From contig JANRJK010000046.1 of the NCBI GenBank assembly GCA_033764015.1, positions 192,001 to 256,000 of the forward strand: a stretch of DNA of 64,000 nt. Direction: 5' to 3'. Positions 1 through 11,383 of this stretch are shown in pieces. The notes below the pieces were generated by a model. That model did not search any database. It was not told the origin of the DNA and worked only from the letters and a program-made list of their open reading frames with translations. Position 1 is the first letter of the stretch. Each line of letters starts with the position of its first letter. Made by a program: the position numbers and the translations under genes. The stretch comes from Candidatus Sumerlaeia bacterium (GTDB lineage: Bacteria; Sumerlaeota; Sumerlaeia; SLMS01; JANRJK01).

Positions 1-294
1 CGCGAACTGCGCGGCGACCACCACCGCCAGCTTCAGCGCTTCTTCCGCCAGCGGCGCCACCAGCAGGACGGCGACCGCTTCGCGCACGCCGCCGCCCTGC
101 GCGAGTCCGAGGCTGTCGAGCTTGCTCCGCGCGGCCGCCGCGGCGAGCGGCGCCGCGCCGAAAAGGCCCCACGCCAGCGCGCCCACCGCCCACCGGCGGG
201 GGAGACCGGCGCGCGCCGCCGCCGCCTCCAGCGACAGCAGCCAGACGCCGAGGAGCCCCAGCGCCGCGAGGTGGAGCCCCGCTTCGGCGGCCAT
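1..294 (-). CDS. PrsW-family intramembrane protease, N-terminal part (runs off the window start)
   Basis: My translation from ATG 294 gives MAAEAGLHLAALGLLGVWLL...LLVAPLAEEALKLAVVV: hydrophobic segments plus the PrsW-type APxxEExxK motif. It starts just downstream of the deaminase stop. Confidence 0.65.
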   Translation of the reverse strand, partial: MAAEAGLHLAALGLLGVWLLSLEAAAARAGLPRRWAVGALAWGLFGAAPLAAAAARSKLDSLGLAQGGGVREAVAVLLVAPLAEEALKLAVVVAAQFA

Positions 295-299
295 GCGGC

Positions 300-1730
300 T
301 CAGGCCCCCCGGAGCCGCCCGCCCGCCCGCGCCGCCTCGAAAAGCTGCTCCGTCGCGCGGTTGCACGCCGCCACCAGCGCCTTCTCCGAACGCCCGGCGA
401 GCTGGCCGCGCTCCACCACGATGCGCCCCGCGACGATGCTCCACGCCACCCGGTGCCCGATACCGCAGAGCACCAGCGCCGCCAGCGGATCGAGCGAGGC
501 GCCGCCGGCGTAGCCGACCTGGTCCATGTCGAACAGCACCACGTCTGCGGGGCCGCCCTCCTGCAGCCGCCCCAGCGCCGGGTTGCCCAGCACCGCGGCG
601 CCGCCGCGCGTGGCGAGTTCGAGCACCTGCCGCGCGGTGACCGCCGCGGGGCCGCCCACCGCGCGGTGCGCCATCAGCGCCTGCCGCGCCTCGCCCACCA
701 TGTCGCCGCTGTCGTTGCTGGCGGAGCAGTCCACGCCGAGCCCCACCGTCATCCCGGCGGCGAGCATCGCCGGCACCGGCGCGGTGCCGCTGCCGAGCCG
801 CGCGTTGCTCGACGGGCAGTGGGCCACCGCCATGCCGAGGCGGGCACAGCGCTCCATCTCATTTTCGTTCAACTTCACACAATGCGCGAACCAGATGTCG
901 GAGCCTTCCCAGCCGAGCTTCGCCACGAAGTCGAGCGGGCGGCAGCCGTAGCGCTCGAGGCAGTAGCGGTCCTCGTCGTCCGTTTCGGCTAGGTGCGTGT
1001 GGAGCCGGACCCCGTGCTTACGGGCGAGGACCGCGGTTTCACGGAAGAGGTGCTCGGTGACGTTGAACGGCGAGCAAGGCGCGAAGGCGATCCGCGTCAT
1101 CGCCTGAGGCGACGGATCGTGGTACGCCGCGACGAGGCGCTCGTAATCGGTGAGCACTCGCTCATCCGCCTCGACCAGCGCCATCGGGGGCAGCCCGCCG
1201 TCGCGGACCCCCAGCGTCATCGAGCCACGGGTGGGGTAGAACCGGATGCCCATTTCCCGGGCGGTGGCGAGTTGCTCGTCGATCAGATCCACCGGCGCCG
1301 CGACCGGGAACAGGTAGTGGTGGTCGGTGGTCGTCGTGCAGCCGGTGAGGAGCAGCTCCGCCATGGCGATCTGGGTCGCGGCGCGGAGCGCGTCCTTGCC
1401 GGTGAGGCCGGTCCAGACCTCGTACTGCTCCACCAGCCACTCGAAGAGCCCCGCGTCCTGCACGCGGGGCCACACGCGGGTGAGGACTTGGAACATATGG
1501 TGGTGGCAGTTCACGAGGCCCGGCAAGGCGAGCATCCCGCGGCCGTCAAGGCACGGGATGTCGGCGGCGAGGCGTTCCGAATCGCGCAGGTTCGTTCCGA
1601 TGCGGGCGATCCGGCCACCGCGCAGCAACAGGTCGGTGTGCTCCAGCTCGCGCCGGGCGTCGTCGAAGCACGCGACCAGGCGGCAGCGTTCGATCAGGAG
1701 CTGGGGTTCGTGGCCCTGCGGTTCGTCCAT
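300..1730 (-). CDS. 8-oxoguanine deaminase-like amidohydrolase (AtzB/SsnA type)
   Basis: PGLVNCHHHMFQ metal-binding motif, GCTTTTDHHYLFP, FYPTRGSM, APCSPF, LHTHLAET, WFAHCV, HCPSSNARLGSG, GVDCSASND. Start taken at ATG 1730 (MDEPQG) with an upstream GAGGT RBS. Confidence 0.85.
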   Translation of the reverse strand: MDEPQGHEPQLLIERCRLVACFDDARRELEHTDLLLRGGRIARIGTNLRDSERLAADIPCLDGRGMLALPGLVNCHHHMFQVLTRVWPRVQDAGLFEWLVEQYEVWTGLTGKDALRAATQIAMAELLLTGCTTTTDHHYLFPVAAPVDLIDEQLATAREMGIRFYPTRGSMTLGVRDGGLPPMALVEADERVLTDYERLVAAYHDPSPQAMTRIAFAPCSPFNVTEHLFRETAVLARKHGVRLHTHLAETDDEDRYCLERYGCRPLDFVAKLGWEGSDIWFAHCVKLNENEMERCARLGMAVAHCPSSNARLGSGTAPVPAMLAAGMTVGLGVDCSASNDSGDMVGEARQALMAHRAVGGPAAVTARQVLELATRGGAAVLGNPALGRLQEGGPADVVLFDMDQVGYAGGASLDPLAALVLCGIGHRVAWSIVAGRIVVERGQLAGRSEKALVAACNRATEQLFEAARAGGRLRGA

Positions 1731-2039
1731 GGTTGGCACCTCGGGCGGGGATTCCGCCGCGCCTGATGGCCTTGGGGCAACGGGTGGTTGGGAGTGGGGA
1801 GGGCACCTGAGGAGCGCCCCGGGAATCCCCTTAAGTGCTCTATATCCAGCAGTTCCGATACCGCGTGGGGCGATTGTTGTTGCCCCGTCCAGCCCGCGGA
1901 CGGGTTCACTTGTCTGGTTTGAGCCTCTATCTAGGAAGCCCCCACGGCCTGTGCACGTCAAAGTCCGCGCGTCGGAGCCTACCTGCAACGCGACATCACG
2001 GACCCGTCGCCGCGAGGCGAGGATGCCGTAACAAGCAAC

Positions 2040-2055
2040 AGCAAGCCAGGTGCCT
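2040..2055 (-). promoter_or_regulatory. Candidate sigma-54 (-24/-12) promoter facing the deaminase gene
   Basis: Minus strand reads AGGCAC-CTGGC-TTGCT, with correct GG-N10-GC spacing and one mismatch to TGGCAC-N5-TTGCW. Confidence 0.45.
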
Positions 2056-2180
2056 ATTTAGACGTCACACCCTGTCGAGACGATCCCGCAACGCCCCCAT
2101 GGCAACAGACCCCACGGTCCCGATCCCGATCCCCGCAACTCGGTTGAACCCCAAACGAAAACCATTCTTTGGAGTTTTCC

Positions 2181-5100
2181 ATGACTAAGGCTCCTGGTCT
2201 GAGATCGACGCTGATCGGTCTCGCCGCTGCCGGTATCGCCCTCCTCGGCTCGAGCGCGGATGCGCAGACCATCCGCTTCCAGCCGGTGAATGTGGTCGAC
2301 ACCGATGGCGGGACGTTTCAGGTGCAGGTCTTTGTGGACATCCCCGCCGGCACAAATGTGCGCCGCGTGGATGGCTTCATCGACATCGACACCGGCGCGA
2401 ACGGCCTCACCTTCAACTCCGCCACCGCGTTGAACGCGGCGTTCGCCTCGGCGGACGCGCAGGCCGTGAGCGGCCCCCTCGGCGGCGACCCGTCCGGAAC
2501 GGACGTCCGCTTCCGCGCGATCACCGCGTGCGGCGCCGAGCAGACGAACGGCTCGTTCCTCCTCACCACGCTCACCTTCAACCGCAACAACGGATCCAAC
2601 CCGGGACCGTACACGCTGACCTGGGTGAACGGCACGACGGCGTATCCGTCGCTCGCGGGCGCCTGCCCGACGAACCCCTTCGACCCGGGTATCACGCCGT
2701 TCGCGGGAAGCACGTTCCAGAACGGCACGGCGGTTTACTGCGGCGGCACGTACGTGGTCAGCGACCTTAACGTCGATGGCAACGGCAACAACGTAACGCT
2801 GGAGCGCATCGCGGCCCGCGAAGGCGCGGTCGGCGACGGACCGGGCAACCCGATCTCCGCTTTCACCGCCTTCGACCGGACCTTCACGGTCAACGCGATC
2901 GCCGCGACCTGCCCGGTGAGCGTCACGGCCACCACGAACCCGGTGGACTTCACCGGTGCGATGCTGGCGAACATCAGCGTGGCGGGCTCCAACCCGGCCA
3001 CGGTCGAGTTCGACGTCCGCTCCAACCCGGGCCCCGCCCGCGTCGGCGTGATCAGCGTCAACCAGCAGCCCTCCGCAACCTACACGATTTTCCAGGAGGA
3101 CGGCTGCCGCTGGACGCTCCCGCGCCAGTCGCAGGTCTACAGCTCCGACCTCCAGCGCGACAACTTCGCGATGTTCCCGACCAACATCCTGTGCGGCTAC
3201 ACGCTGCGCATCGACCCGCCCGAGGCCGAGTACAACGACCAGGGCACGGCCGATCCGTCGGACGACACGGGCTGGGTCACCATCGAGGAGCCCACCGGCA
3301 TCGGCTTCCCCTCCGGCACGGGCAACATCTCGCTGCAGATCCTTCTGCAGAAGAACTTCAACCCGACCAACCGCTCCGCGCGGATCCGCGTCGAGGGCGT
3401 CACCTACGACCTCGACTGGTTCGACATCACGCAGAACGGCACCTGCCGCTACGAGGCGGAGCCGGTCCAGTCGGCCCTGCTTCCCGCGGGCGCCAGCGCG
3501 GCGAACACGTTCGACGTCAACCTCACCCCGCCGCAGGAGGGCCTCCCGTCCTGCTCGTGGACCGTGGACGAGGACTCCACCTCGCCTTGGATCACGAATG
3601 TCGCCGTCGCCGTTGACGGCCTCACCGGCTACGAGGTCCTCGACAACCTCGGCAACCCGACCGGCATCTACGTCGGCTACGGCGTCGTGTCCTACGACAC
3701 GACGGCCAACACCGGCGAGCAGCGCCAGGGCATCATCACCCTCGCGACGGAAACCGGCCCGGTTTACCACTATGTGAACCAGGCTGACGGCTGCGCATTG
3801 GCGTTCAGCACCACCGCCACGAACCTTTCGGCCAGCGCCAGCGGCACCTTCACCGCCAACTTCAGCGTGAACGCCGGCTCGGCGGACTGCGCTTGGACGA
3901 TTCTTGGCGGCGCCGACTGGTTCGACTTCACGCCGCGCTCCGGCTTCGGCACGACGCCGATCGACCTCACCGCCTTCCCCAACACCGGGGCGGCCCGCAG
4001 CACCACGCTGACCCTGGTCGGCGCGGCAGGGGTTTCCACGATCGAGGTTGTCCAGGACGCCGGTTGCACCATCACGGCGATCGCCGATCCGGCCAGCTTC
4101 GCCTCCGCGGCCCAGACCTCCTCCTTCGACATCGCCGGCCTCTTCGCCGAATGCGAATGGACGGTCTCCGAGGACTCCCCTTGGCTCGCCATCACGGGCG
4201 CCACGACGGGCTTCGGCAACGCGACGGTCAACTACGCACTCCAGCCGAACGACACGGGCGCCACGCGCTCGACCGTCGTCACGGTCACCGGCCCGCTCAA
4301 CACGGTCGCCTTCACGGTGACGCAGAACGGCACCTGCGGCCTTCCCGGCAACGCCGCGTTCAACGTCTCGGCCGTTGCTGGCGTCGCCACCCTCAACTTC
4401 GCCCTCGACGCCTTCTGCGATTGGACCATCACGGAAGACAACCGCGGTGGCGACTGGGTACGTATCACCGACCCGACCAGCGGCACGGGCAACATCGCGG
4501 TCGACTTCGCCTACGAGTCGAACCCGGGTGCGCCCCGCTCGAAGAGCTGGACGGTTTCGACCGCGGTCAACTCGGTCATCGTCACGATCAACCAGGACTC
4601 CGACTGCGCGCTCACGCTCTCCACGGCTTCGGCCACGGTCGGCGCGGACGCGGGCACGACGACGTTCGACATCAACCTGAACCAGACGTTCTGCGACTGG
4701 ACGATCAGCGGCGGCTCGGACTGGGCCTACGTCGACGGTCCGCTCACGGGCGCCGGCTCGACGACGGTGACGGTGGCCTTCGAGGCCAACACCGGCATCG
4801 AGCGCGAGACGGTCTTCACGGTCACCGGCCCGCTCGGGACCCAGACCTTCACGCTCACGCAGAACGACGACTGCACGCTGGCCCTCAGCGCGGTGGGCAC
4901 CACTCTCACCTCGACGGACACCGCCGGCAGCTTCGGCATCACCGGCCTCACGGCCGCCTGCCCCTGGACGGTTTCGGAAGATTCCGACTGGCTCGATATC
5001 ACCTCCGCGGCGGCTGGCATCGCCGACGCGACGGTCATCTTCAGCACGACGACCAACCCCGGCTTCGACCGCGTCGCGGTGATCCAGGTGGTCGGTTCGC

Positions 5101-8100
5101 TGAACACCGAAACCTATACCGTCACGCAGCTCGCGGGCTGCACGGCGCTCGCCCTCAGCTCGACCGCCGACACCGTCGGCGCCGCGGCGGGCACGATCTC
5201 CTTCGACATCGAGGGCCTCGACACGTTCTGCCCCTGGACTGTCACGGAGGGCGCCGACTGGCTTGAAGTCGCCGGCATCACCAGCGGCTTCGGCAACGCC
5301 ACGATCTCGCTCAACTACGACTTCAACCCGGGCGACCAGCGCTCCGCCACCATCGTGGTGACGGGCTCGACCGCTTCGACCACGTACGTCCTCACCCAGA
5401 CGGCGGGCTGCCAGCTCACCCTGTCGTCCAACAGCGCGAACGACCCGTCCGGCAACGCCGGCTCGCTGTCGTTCGACATCCAGAACCTGCTCGCCGGCTG
5501 CGACTGGCGCGTCGAGGTGGCTTCCGCCCCCTGGATCCAGGTCGACCAACTCGCCGGTGAAGGCCCCGCCACGGTCCGCGTCAATTGGGACGCGAACCCG
5601 GGCGAGACCCGCACGGCGCTCATCAACGTCATCGGCGAACTCAACACCGAGACCTTCACGCTGACGCAGGGCGAGGCGTGCAACTTCACGCTCTCCTCGA
5701 CCTCGGCCAACGACCCGTCCGGCCTCGCCGGCACGACCACCTTCGACATCCAGGGTCTCTCGGCTCACTGCCCGTGGAGCATCTCGGACGACGCGGAGTG
5801 GGCTGATGTGTTCCCGACGAGCGGCTTCGGCCCCGCGACGGTGACGATCAACTGGACCGCCAACCCCGGCGCGGACCGCGCGGCGACCTTCACGGTCGAC
5901 GGCAACCTCAACGCCGAAACCTTCACGCTCACCCAGGGCGAGTCGTGCAACTTCACGCTCTCGTCGACCTCCGCCAACGATCCGACCGGCCTCGCCGGCA
6001 CGACCACCTTCAACATCGAGGGGCTCGGGGCTCACTGCCCGTGGAGCATCTCGGACGACGCGGAGTGGGCCGACGTGTTCCCGACGAGCGGCTTCGGCCC
6101 CGCGACGGTGACGATCAACTGGACCGCCAACCCGGGCTTCGCCCGCGAGGCGACCTTCACGGTCTCCGGCAACCTCAACGCCGCAACCTTCACGCTGAGC
6201 CAGGGCGATGCATGCGCCCTTGAAGCCACTCCCGGGACGGCATCGGTCGGCCAGGTCGGCGGCTTTGTGACGTTTGAAATCACCGCCCTCGGTGGCGCAC
6301 CGCTCGCCCAACACTGCGCGTGGTCGATCTCGACGGAAGACAACGACTGGCTCGACATCGCGCCGCTCAGCGGTTTCGGACCGGCCACGATCACGGTCAA
6401 CTACGACAACAACTCCGGTTCGGAGCGCGTCGCCAACATCACCGTCACCGGCAACATCAACTCCAGCCTCTTCACGATCACCCAGAGCGCCGGATGCCAG
6501 TTCGAGATCACCGACGGGACGGACCCGTTCGACTCCGCGACCGTCGGCCCCGACGCCGGCTCGGTCGAGGTCTGCGTCGAGGACATCGCCGCCTTCTGTG
6601 CCTGGACGGCGATCACCGAGGACACTGACTGGATCGACATCAGCCCGACCGCCGGGATTGGCCAGGGTTGCGTCACGATCAACTACGAAGCGAACCCCGG
6701 CATCCAGCGCACGGCGACGATCACCTTCGCCACCGAGTCCACGGTCCGCGTCTACACGCTGACCCAGGAGCCCGGCTGCGCGCTGACGCTCTCGAGCAAC
6801 TCGGCCACCGACGCGACGGGCCTCGCCGGCACGATCACGATCAACGTCGAGACGCTGAGCGCCCACTGCCCGTGGACGATCACCAACATCGGCGCCGACT
6901 GGATCGACGTGTTCCCGCTCAGCGGCACCGGGCCGGGCTCGTTCACGATCAACTGGGAAGCGAACCCCGGCGCCGAGCGCGTCGCGACGTTCTCCGTCAA
7001 CGGCAACCTCAACACCGAGACGTTCACCCTCACGCAGGGCCCGAGCTGCGCGCTCGCGCTCTCTTCGAACTCCGCCACCGGCGATAGCCTCGCGGGCTCG
7101 GCCACGATCAACGTGACCGGCCTCGGCGCCCACTGCCCGTGGACCGCGGTTGTCGAGGATGCGGACTGGGTCGACATCGCACCGGCCACGGGCCTCGGCC
7201 CCGGCGCCTTCACGATCAACTGGGAAGCCAACCCGGGCATCCAGCGCGTCGCGCGGATCACCGTCACCGGCAACCTCAACACGCAAGTCTTCACGCTCAC
7301 CCAGCAGGCTGGCTGCACGCTCGCCCTGAACCCGGCCAATGCGACGGGCGGCGGCGAAGCCGGCTCCACGACGTTCCAGATCACCGGCCTTGCCGCCCAC
7401 TGCGCCTGGTCGATCGCCACCGAGGACACCGAGTGGGTTGACATCAGCCCGCTCAGCGGTTTCGGCCCCGCCACGATCACCGTGCGCTGGGACAACAACT
7501 TCGGTGCCCAGCGCCAGGCGACCATCTCGGTCACCGGCAACCTGAACACGTCGGTCTTCACGCTCACCCAGAACCCGGGTTGCGCGTTCACGCTCTCGCC
7601 CACGTCGTTCTCGGCCCCGAGCCAGGCGACGAACGGCACGTTCCAGATCACGGGCCTCTCGGCCTACTGCACCTGGGAAGTGAACGAGGACACGCCGTGG
7701 GTCGAGGTCACCAGCGCCCGCACCGGCGCCGGCCCCGCCACGGTCAGCTTCCGCGTCGAGCAGAACACCGGCGTCGCGCGCTCCGCCACGGTCACCGTGA
7801 CGGGCACGCTCGAAACGCGTACCTTCACCATCAACCAGACCGGCGTGGCCTGCGTGCCCGTCGTCACCCCGCCGAGCGCGTTCTTCGACCAGAACGGCGG
7901 CAACGGCGCGTTCACGGTCACGTTCTCGGTTCCGAACGCCACGGCCGACTGCCGCTGGATCGCGGTCTCGAACGTCGACTGGATCGACGTCTTCGAGGGC
8001 GCCCAGGGCACCGGCAACGGCCTCGTCACCTACGTTGTGGACCGCCTCCCGGCCGATAGCTGGCCGCCGGCCGCCCGCACCGGCACCATCACCGTCACCG

Positions 8101-9557
8101 TGGTCAACTCGGACGGCTCCTTCGGCGCCTCCGCGACGCACACGGTCGACCAGGAAGACCTCTGCCTGATCGTTGGGCTCTCGCCCAGCTCGCTCAGCTT
8201 CGACAACCGCGGCTTCCGCGCCGACGGCTCCGGCAACTCGGGCCGCTTCACGGTGCTGTTCCCCGCGGGCATCGACGGCTGCGAGTGGCGCGCACAGGCC
8301 AACGTCAACTGGATCCGCATCATCGAGGGTTCCACTGGCGTCGGCACCGGCGACGTTTCCTACGAAGTCGACCCGAACGTCGTTCCGGGTCCGGACGAGT
8401 CGCGCACCGGCACCATCACGGTCACGACCCGCACCGGACGCACGGCGATCCACACGGTCTTCCAGGACCAGAACTACTACGACCTCAGCGAGCTCCAGCT
8501 CGGCCTCGACGACATGCTGTCGGGCTTCTCGGACATCGCGAACATCGACTACACCTCGGAACTGCCCGAGGGTAACGTGACCCGCCTCGAAACGGTCGAT
8601 CCGCGCAACGGCATCCGCACGGTGGTCGAGCTCTTCGGGCTCGCCGCCGACGCGAACGGCCGCGTGATCACCGGCTTCGCCACCGTCTCGACGTTCGACT
8701 CCGCCGGCAACCCGGTGCAGTCGCTCTCGGGCATCCCGGTCCAGGGCTCGCTGCGCTTCCGCCGCGACCTCACGAACCTCTTCGCCCCCGGCTCCTACAT
8801 GGACGACCGCGGCGAATACACCTACGGCTTGAACCGCTCCTACAACATCAAGGTGGGCGGCGGCTTCGAGTTCAAGGGCCAGGCGCGCAACGGCGAGGGA
8901 CGCCTCTTCGCGTTCCGCCTCCAGGGCCGCCTCGACTACAACCAGACGTTCTACGCCAACGAACCCGAGCCGCAGCCCACCCGCGGCGGCAAGGGCGGCG
9001 AGGAGAACCTCCTGCCGCCGTACCGCACGCTCCTGCAGACCTCGGTCCAGGCGCTCGCGGCGGGCCGCGCGAACGGCTTCGCCGACAACCTGGTCATGGA
9101 CGACTTCCGCCCCGCCATCACGAAGAGCTCCTTCGTGCTGCAGCCCTCGCAGCTCAAGCTCTGGACCGGCGACCTGCTCCTGCTCAACAGCGAGTTCGTC
9201 CCGTCCCAGGAGAGCCGCGGCGGCCTCAGCCGCACCGAGTTCCGTCCGTACTACACCAACATCCGCCCGACGCCGTACCGCTTCGGCCGCTTCGACTTCC
9301 GCGGCCGCGTGGGACGCTACAACTTCGCCTCGACCGGCGCCTCGACGATTCCCTTCGAGGAACTGGCGAACGAAGGCTTCACGCTGGATGAACTCCGCTC
9401 CGACCTCGACAACGGCGAGATCGACCCGTCTCCGCGGCGCACCGCCTTCCCGGCCAGCGCCAGCATGACGAGCCCCGCCATCATCCTCACCGAACGCTCC
9501 TCGTACGACCGGGCGCTTTACATCGCCTCGATCGACGCGGTCGACGTCATCCCCTGA
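2181..9557 (+). CDS. Giant secreted BACON-repeat surface protein/adhesin (~2,458 aa)
   Basis: GGAG RBS before ATG 2181; Sec signal peptide (MTKAPGLR...LLGSSADA|Q); 20 repeats of ~89-115 aa with C...CxW...W...G.G...N.G..R...TQ, which is a BACON-type consensus; strongly biased codon usage. Confidence 0.85.
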   Translation: MTKAPGLRSTLIGLAAAGIALLGSSADAQTIRFQPVNVVDTDGGTFQVQVFVDIPAGTNVRRVDGFIDIDTGANGLTFNSATALNAAFASADAQAVSGPLGGDPSGTDVRFRAITACGAEQTNGSFLLTTLTFNRNNGSNPGPYTLTWVNGTTAYPSLAGACPTNPFDPGITPFAGSTFQNGTAVYCGGTYVVSDLNVDGNGNNVTLERIAAREGAVGDGPGNPISAFTAFDRTFTVNAIAATCPVSVTATTNPVDFTGAMLANISVAGSNPATVEFDVRSNPGPARVGVISVNQQPSATYTIFQEDGCRWTLPRQSQVYSSDLQRDNFAMFPTNILCGYTLRIDPPEAEYNDQGTADPSDDTGWVTIEEPTGIGFPSGTGNISLQILLQKNFNPTNRSARIRVEGVTYDLDWFDITQNGTCRYEAEPVQSALLPAGASAANTFDVNLTPPQEGLPSCSWTVDEDSTSPWITNVAVAVDGLTGYEVLDNLGNPTGIYVGYGVVSYDTTANTGEQRQGIITLATETGPVYHYVNQADGCALAFSTTATNLSASASGTFTANFSVNAGSADCAWTILGGADWFDFTPRSGFGTTPIDLTAFPNTGAARSTTLTLVGAAGVSTIEVVQDAGCTITAIADPASFASAAQTSSFDIAGLFAECEWTVSEDSPWLAITGATTGFGNATVNYALQPNDTGATRSTVVTVTGPLNTVAFTVTQNGTCGLPGNAAFNVSAVAGVATLNFALDAFCDWTITEDNRGGDWVRITDPTSGTGNIAVDFAYESNPGAPRSKSWTVSTAVNSVIVTINQDSDCALTLSTASATVGADAGTTTFDINLNQTFCDWTISGGSDWAYVDGPLTGAGSTTVTVAFEANTGIERETVFTVTGPLGTQTFTLTQNDDCTLALSAVGTTLTSTDTAGSFGITGLTAACPWTVSEDSDWLDITSAAAGIADATVIFSTTTNPGFDRVAVIQVVGSLNTETYTVTQLAGCTALALSSTADTVGAAAGTISFDIEGLDTFCPWTVTEGADWLEVAGITSGFGNATISLNYDFNPGDQRSATIVVTGSTASTTYVLTQTAGCQLTLSSNSANDPSGNAGSLSFDIQNLLAGCDWRVEVASAPWIQVDQLAGEGPATVRVNWDANPGETRTALINVIGELNTETFTLTQGEACNFTLSSTSANDPSGLAGTTTFDIQGLSAHCPWSISDDAEWADVFPTSGFGPATVTINWTANPGADRAATFTVDGNLNAETFTLTQGESCNFTLSSTSANDPTGLAGTTTFNIEGLGAHCPWSISDDAEWADVFPTSGFGPATVTINWTANPGFAREATFTVSGNLNAATFTLSQGDACALEATPGTASVGQVGGFVTFEITALGGAPLAQHCAWSISTEDNDWLDIAPLSGFGPATITVNYDNNSGSERVANITVTGNINSSLFTITQSAGCQFEITDGTDPFDSATVGPDAGSVEVCVEDIAAFCAWTAITEDTDWIDISPTAGIGQGCVTINYEANPGIQRTATITFATESTVRVYTLTQEPGCALTLSSNSATDATGLAGTITINVETLSAHCPWTITNIGADWIDVFPLSGTGPGSFTINWEANPGAERVATFSVNGNLNTETFTLTQGPSCALALSSNSATGDSLAGSATINVTGLGAHCPWTAVVEDADWVDIAPATGLGPGAFTINWEANPGIQRVARITVTGNLNTQVFTLTQQAGCTLALNPANATGGGEAGSTTFQITGLAAHCAWSIATEDTEWVDISPLSGFGPATITVRWDNNFGAQRQATISVTGNLNTSVFTLTQNPGCAFTLSPTSFSAPSQATNGTFQITGLSAYCTWEVNEDTPWVEVTSARTGAGPATVSFRVEQNTGVARSATVTVTGTLETRTFTINQTGVACVPVVTPPSAFFDQNGGNGAFTVTFSVPNATADCRWIAVSNVDWIDVFEGAQGTGNGLVTYVVDRLPADSWPPAARTGTITVTVVNSDGSFGASATHTVDQEDLCLIVGLSPSSLSFDNRGFRADGSGNSGRFTVLFPAGIDGCEWRAQANVNWIRIIEGSTGVGTGDVSYEVDPNVVPGPDESRTGTITVTTRTGRTAIHTVFQDQNYYDLSELQLGLDDMLSGFSDIANIDYTSELPEGNVTRLETVDPRNGIRTVVELFGLAADANGRVITGFATVSTFDSAGNPVQSLSGIPVQGSLRFRRDLTNLFAPGSYMDDRGEYTYGLNRSYNIKVGGGFEFKGQARNGEGRLFAFRLQGRLDYNQTFYANEPEPQPTRGGKGGEENLLPPYRTLLQTSVQALAAGRANGFADNLVMDDFRPAITKSSFVLQPSQLKLWTGDLLLLNSEFVPSQESRGGLSRTEFRPYYTNIRPTPYRFGRFDFRGRVGRYNFASTGASTIPFEELANEGFTLDELRSDLDNGEIDPSPRRTAFPASASMTSPAIILTERSSYDRALYIASIDAVDVIP
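5676..6209 (+). repeat. Near-identical 267-bp tandem duplication (BACON repeats 11 and 12)
   Basis: 5676-5942 and 5943-6209 share long identical stretches, e.g. gctcactgcccgtggagcatctcggacgacgcggagtgggc at 5763 and 6030. Confidence 0.9.
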
Positions 9558-9600
9558 AATGGCGCGCCCTAGTGGCGCTCCAGCGCAGGCCGCAGTAAAC

Positions 9601-9637
9601 CCGGGCGGGTCCGCAAGGACCCGCCCGGTCTCTTTTT
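9601..9637 (+). terminator. Intrinsic terminator after the BACON protein gene
   Basis: CCGGGCGGGTCC-GCAA-GGACCCGCCCGG, a 12-bp stem with a GNRA loop followed by TCTCTTTTT. Confidence 0.9.
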
Positions 9638-9699
9638 CCGAGCGGCTTGCCCCGCGCCCGGCCAGGCGCCAGCGTCGACTTCCCGGAGGACGCCGCCCA

Positions 9700-10596
9700 G
9701 TGACGCAGCCAACCGAACGCCCCTCGCCCCGCCCCGCGGGACTCACCACCTGCCGCGGGTTCGACGTCGGCGGGGTCCGCGTCGGCGGCTCCGCGCCGCT
9801 CGCCCTCATCGCCGGACCCTGCGTGATCGAATCGGAGGACCACATCCTCCGCATGGCGGAAGGCATCCGCGCGGTGGCGGAGCGCCTCGGCGTCCCGCTC
9901 ATCTTCAAGGCGTCCTACGACAAGGCGAACCGCACCAGCTTCAAGGGCTTCCGCGGCCCCGGCCTCGCGGAGGGTCTCCGCATCCTCGCGCGCGCCAAGC
10001 GCGAGACCGGCCTCCCCGTCCTCACCGACGTTCACACGGAGGAGCAGGTGCCCGCCGCCGCGGAGGTGTGCGACATACTGCAGGTGCCCGCGTTCCTCTG
10101 CCGCCAGACCGACTTCATCTACGCCATGGGACGCGGCGGAAAGCCGGTGAATGTGAAGAAAGGGCAGTTCCTCGCCCCGCACGACATCCGCAACGTCGTG
10201 GCGAAGTTGCGCGAGGCGGGCTGCGAAGACATTCTGCTCACGGAGCGCGGCGCCAGCTTCGGCTACAACACGCTCGTCTCCGATTTCCGCGGGCTCCCGA
10301 CCATGCAGGAGCTGACGGGGCTGCCGGTGTGCTTCGATGCGACGCACAGCGTGCAGCAGCCGGGCGGCGCCGGAGAGGCCACCGGCGGCGAGCGCAAGCA
10401 CGTCGCCACGCTCGCCCGCGCCGCGGCCGCCGTCGGCATCAACGCCCTCTTCATGGAGGTCCACGACCACCCGCCCAGCGCGAAGTCGGACGGTCCCAAC
10501 CAGGTGTGGCTAGACGACCTCGAGGACACCTTGCGCGGGATCCTCGCGGTGGACGCGGCGCTCCGCGCGTGGCATGGCTCGCCCGCCCCGCGCTGA
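9700..10596 (+). CDS. kdsA: 3-deoxy-8-phosphooctulonate (KDO8P) synthase
   Basis: [61 protein letters not shown] start behind GGAGGA. Confidence 0.97.
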   Translation: MTQPTERPSPRPAGLTTCRGFDVGGVRVGGSAPLALIAGPCVIESEDHILRMAEGIRAVAERLGVPLIFKASYDKANRTSFKGFRGPGLAEGLRILARAKRETGLPVLTDVHTEEQVPAAAEVCDILQVPAFLCRQTDFIYAMGRGGKPVNVKKGQFLAPHDIRNVVAKLREAGCEDILLTERGASFGYNTLVSDFRGLPTMQELTGLPVCFDATHSVQQPGGAGEATGGERKHVATLARAAAAVGINALFMEVHDHPPSAKSDGPNQVWLDDLEDTLRGILAVDAALRAWHGSPAPR

Positions 10597-11377
10597 GCCG
10601 CTCGCGCTGCGGCGCGCCGCGCTGCTGGTCGAGTACGACGGCACGGCCTTCGAGGGCTTTCAGCGCCAGCGCGAGGCCCGCACCGTGCAGGGCGCCCTGG
10701 AAGAGGCCGCCGAAAAGGTCGGCTCGCACGCGCCGCGCCTGATCTGCGCCGGCCGCACCGATGCCGGCGTGCACGCCGCGGGGCAGGTGGTGGCGCTCTC
10801 CCTCCCCGAGCGGCTCCCCGCCGACAAGCTGGCCTTCGCGATGAACAGCGTGCTGCCGCAGGACATCCGCGTCCGCCGCGCCGTGCCCTGCGGCGAGGAG
10901 TTCGGTCCGCGGCACGACGCCGTGATGCGCACCTACCGCTACCGGGTGTGCGTCGGCGTGCCGGTGCCGCCGGTCGCGAGGGGATTCGTCGCTTACGTGG
11001 GGCGCGTGCCCGCGCCGGAACTCCTCGCCGAGGCCGCGCCGCTCTACCTCGGCAAGCGCGAGTTCCGCGAGTGGCGCGCCGCCCAGTGCCAAGGCAAGCG
11101 CACGCTCCTCACGATCTCCCGCGCGGAGGTCCGCACCCCGGAGGAGACCGGCGAGGCGTGGCACGACTTCGTGTTCTCCGCGCGCAGCTTCCTCCAGCAC
11201 ATGGTGCGCTTCCTGGTCGGCGGCTGCATCTCGGTGGCGCGGCGGAAGGTCGCCATGGAGGAGCTGGCGCTCGCGCTCGCCGAGGGGCGCCGCCCGCGTG
11301 ACATCGCCCCCGCGGAGGCGCGCGGCCTCATCCTCGAACGCGTCGACTATCCGCCGGAGAAGGACCCGTTCCGGTAG
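10574..11377 (+). CDS. truA: tRNA pseudouridine(38-40) synthase
   Basis: [41 protein letters not shown]. Confidence 0.95.
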   Translation: MARPPRAEPLALRRAALLVEYDGTAFEGFQRQREARTVQGALEEAAEKVGSHAPRLICAGRTDAGVHAAGQVVALSLPERLPADKLAFAMNSVLPQDIRVRRAVPCGEEFGPRHDAVMRTYRYRVCVGVPVPPVARGFVAYVGRVPAPELLAEAAPLYLGKREFREWRAAQCQGKRTLLTISRAEVRTPEETGEAWHDFVFSARSFLQHMVRFLVGGCISVARRKVAMEELALALAEGRRPRDIAPAEARGLILERVDYPPEKDPFR

Positions 11378-11383
11378 CGCGCG

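Noticed and set aside
2860..8471. CRISPR-like periodic repeats
   Set aside because: The period is about 270 bp, in frame and diverged at synonymous sites. These are protein domain repeats.
2058..9908. 2,616-aa minus-strand ORF
   Set aside because: It is the antisense shadow of the BACON gene, caused by strong codon bias. It is Arg/Gly/Val-rich with no motifs.
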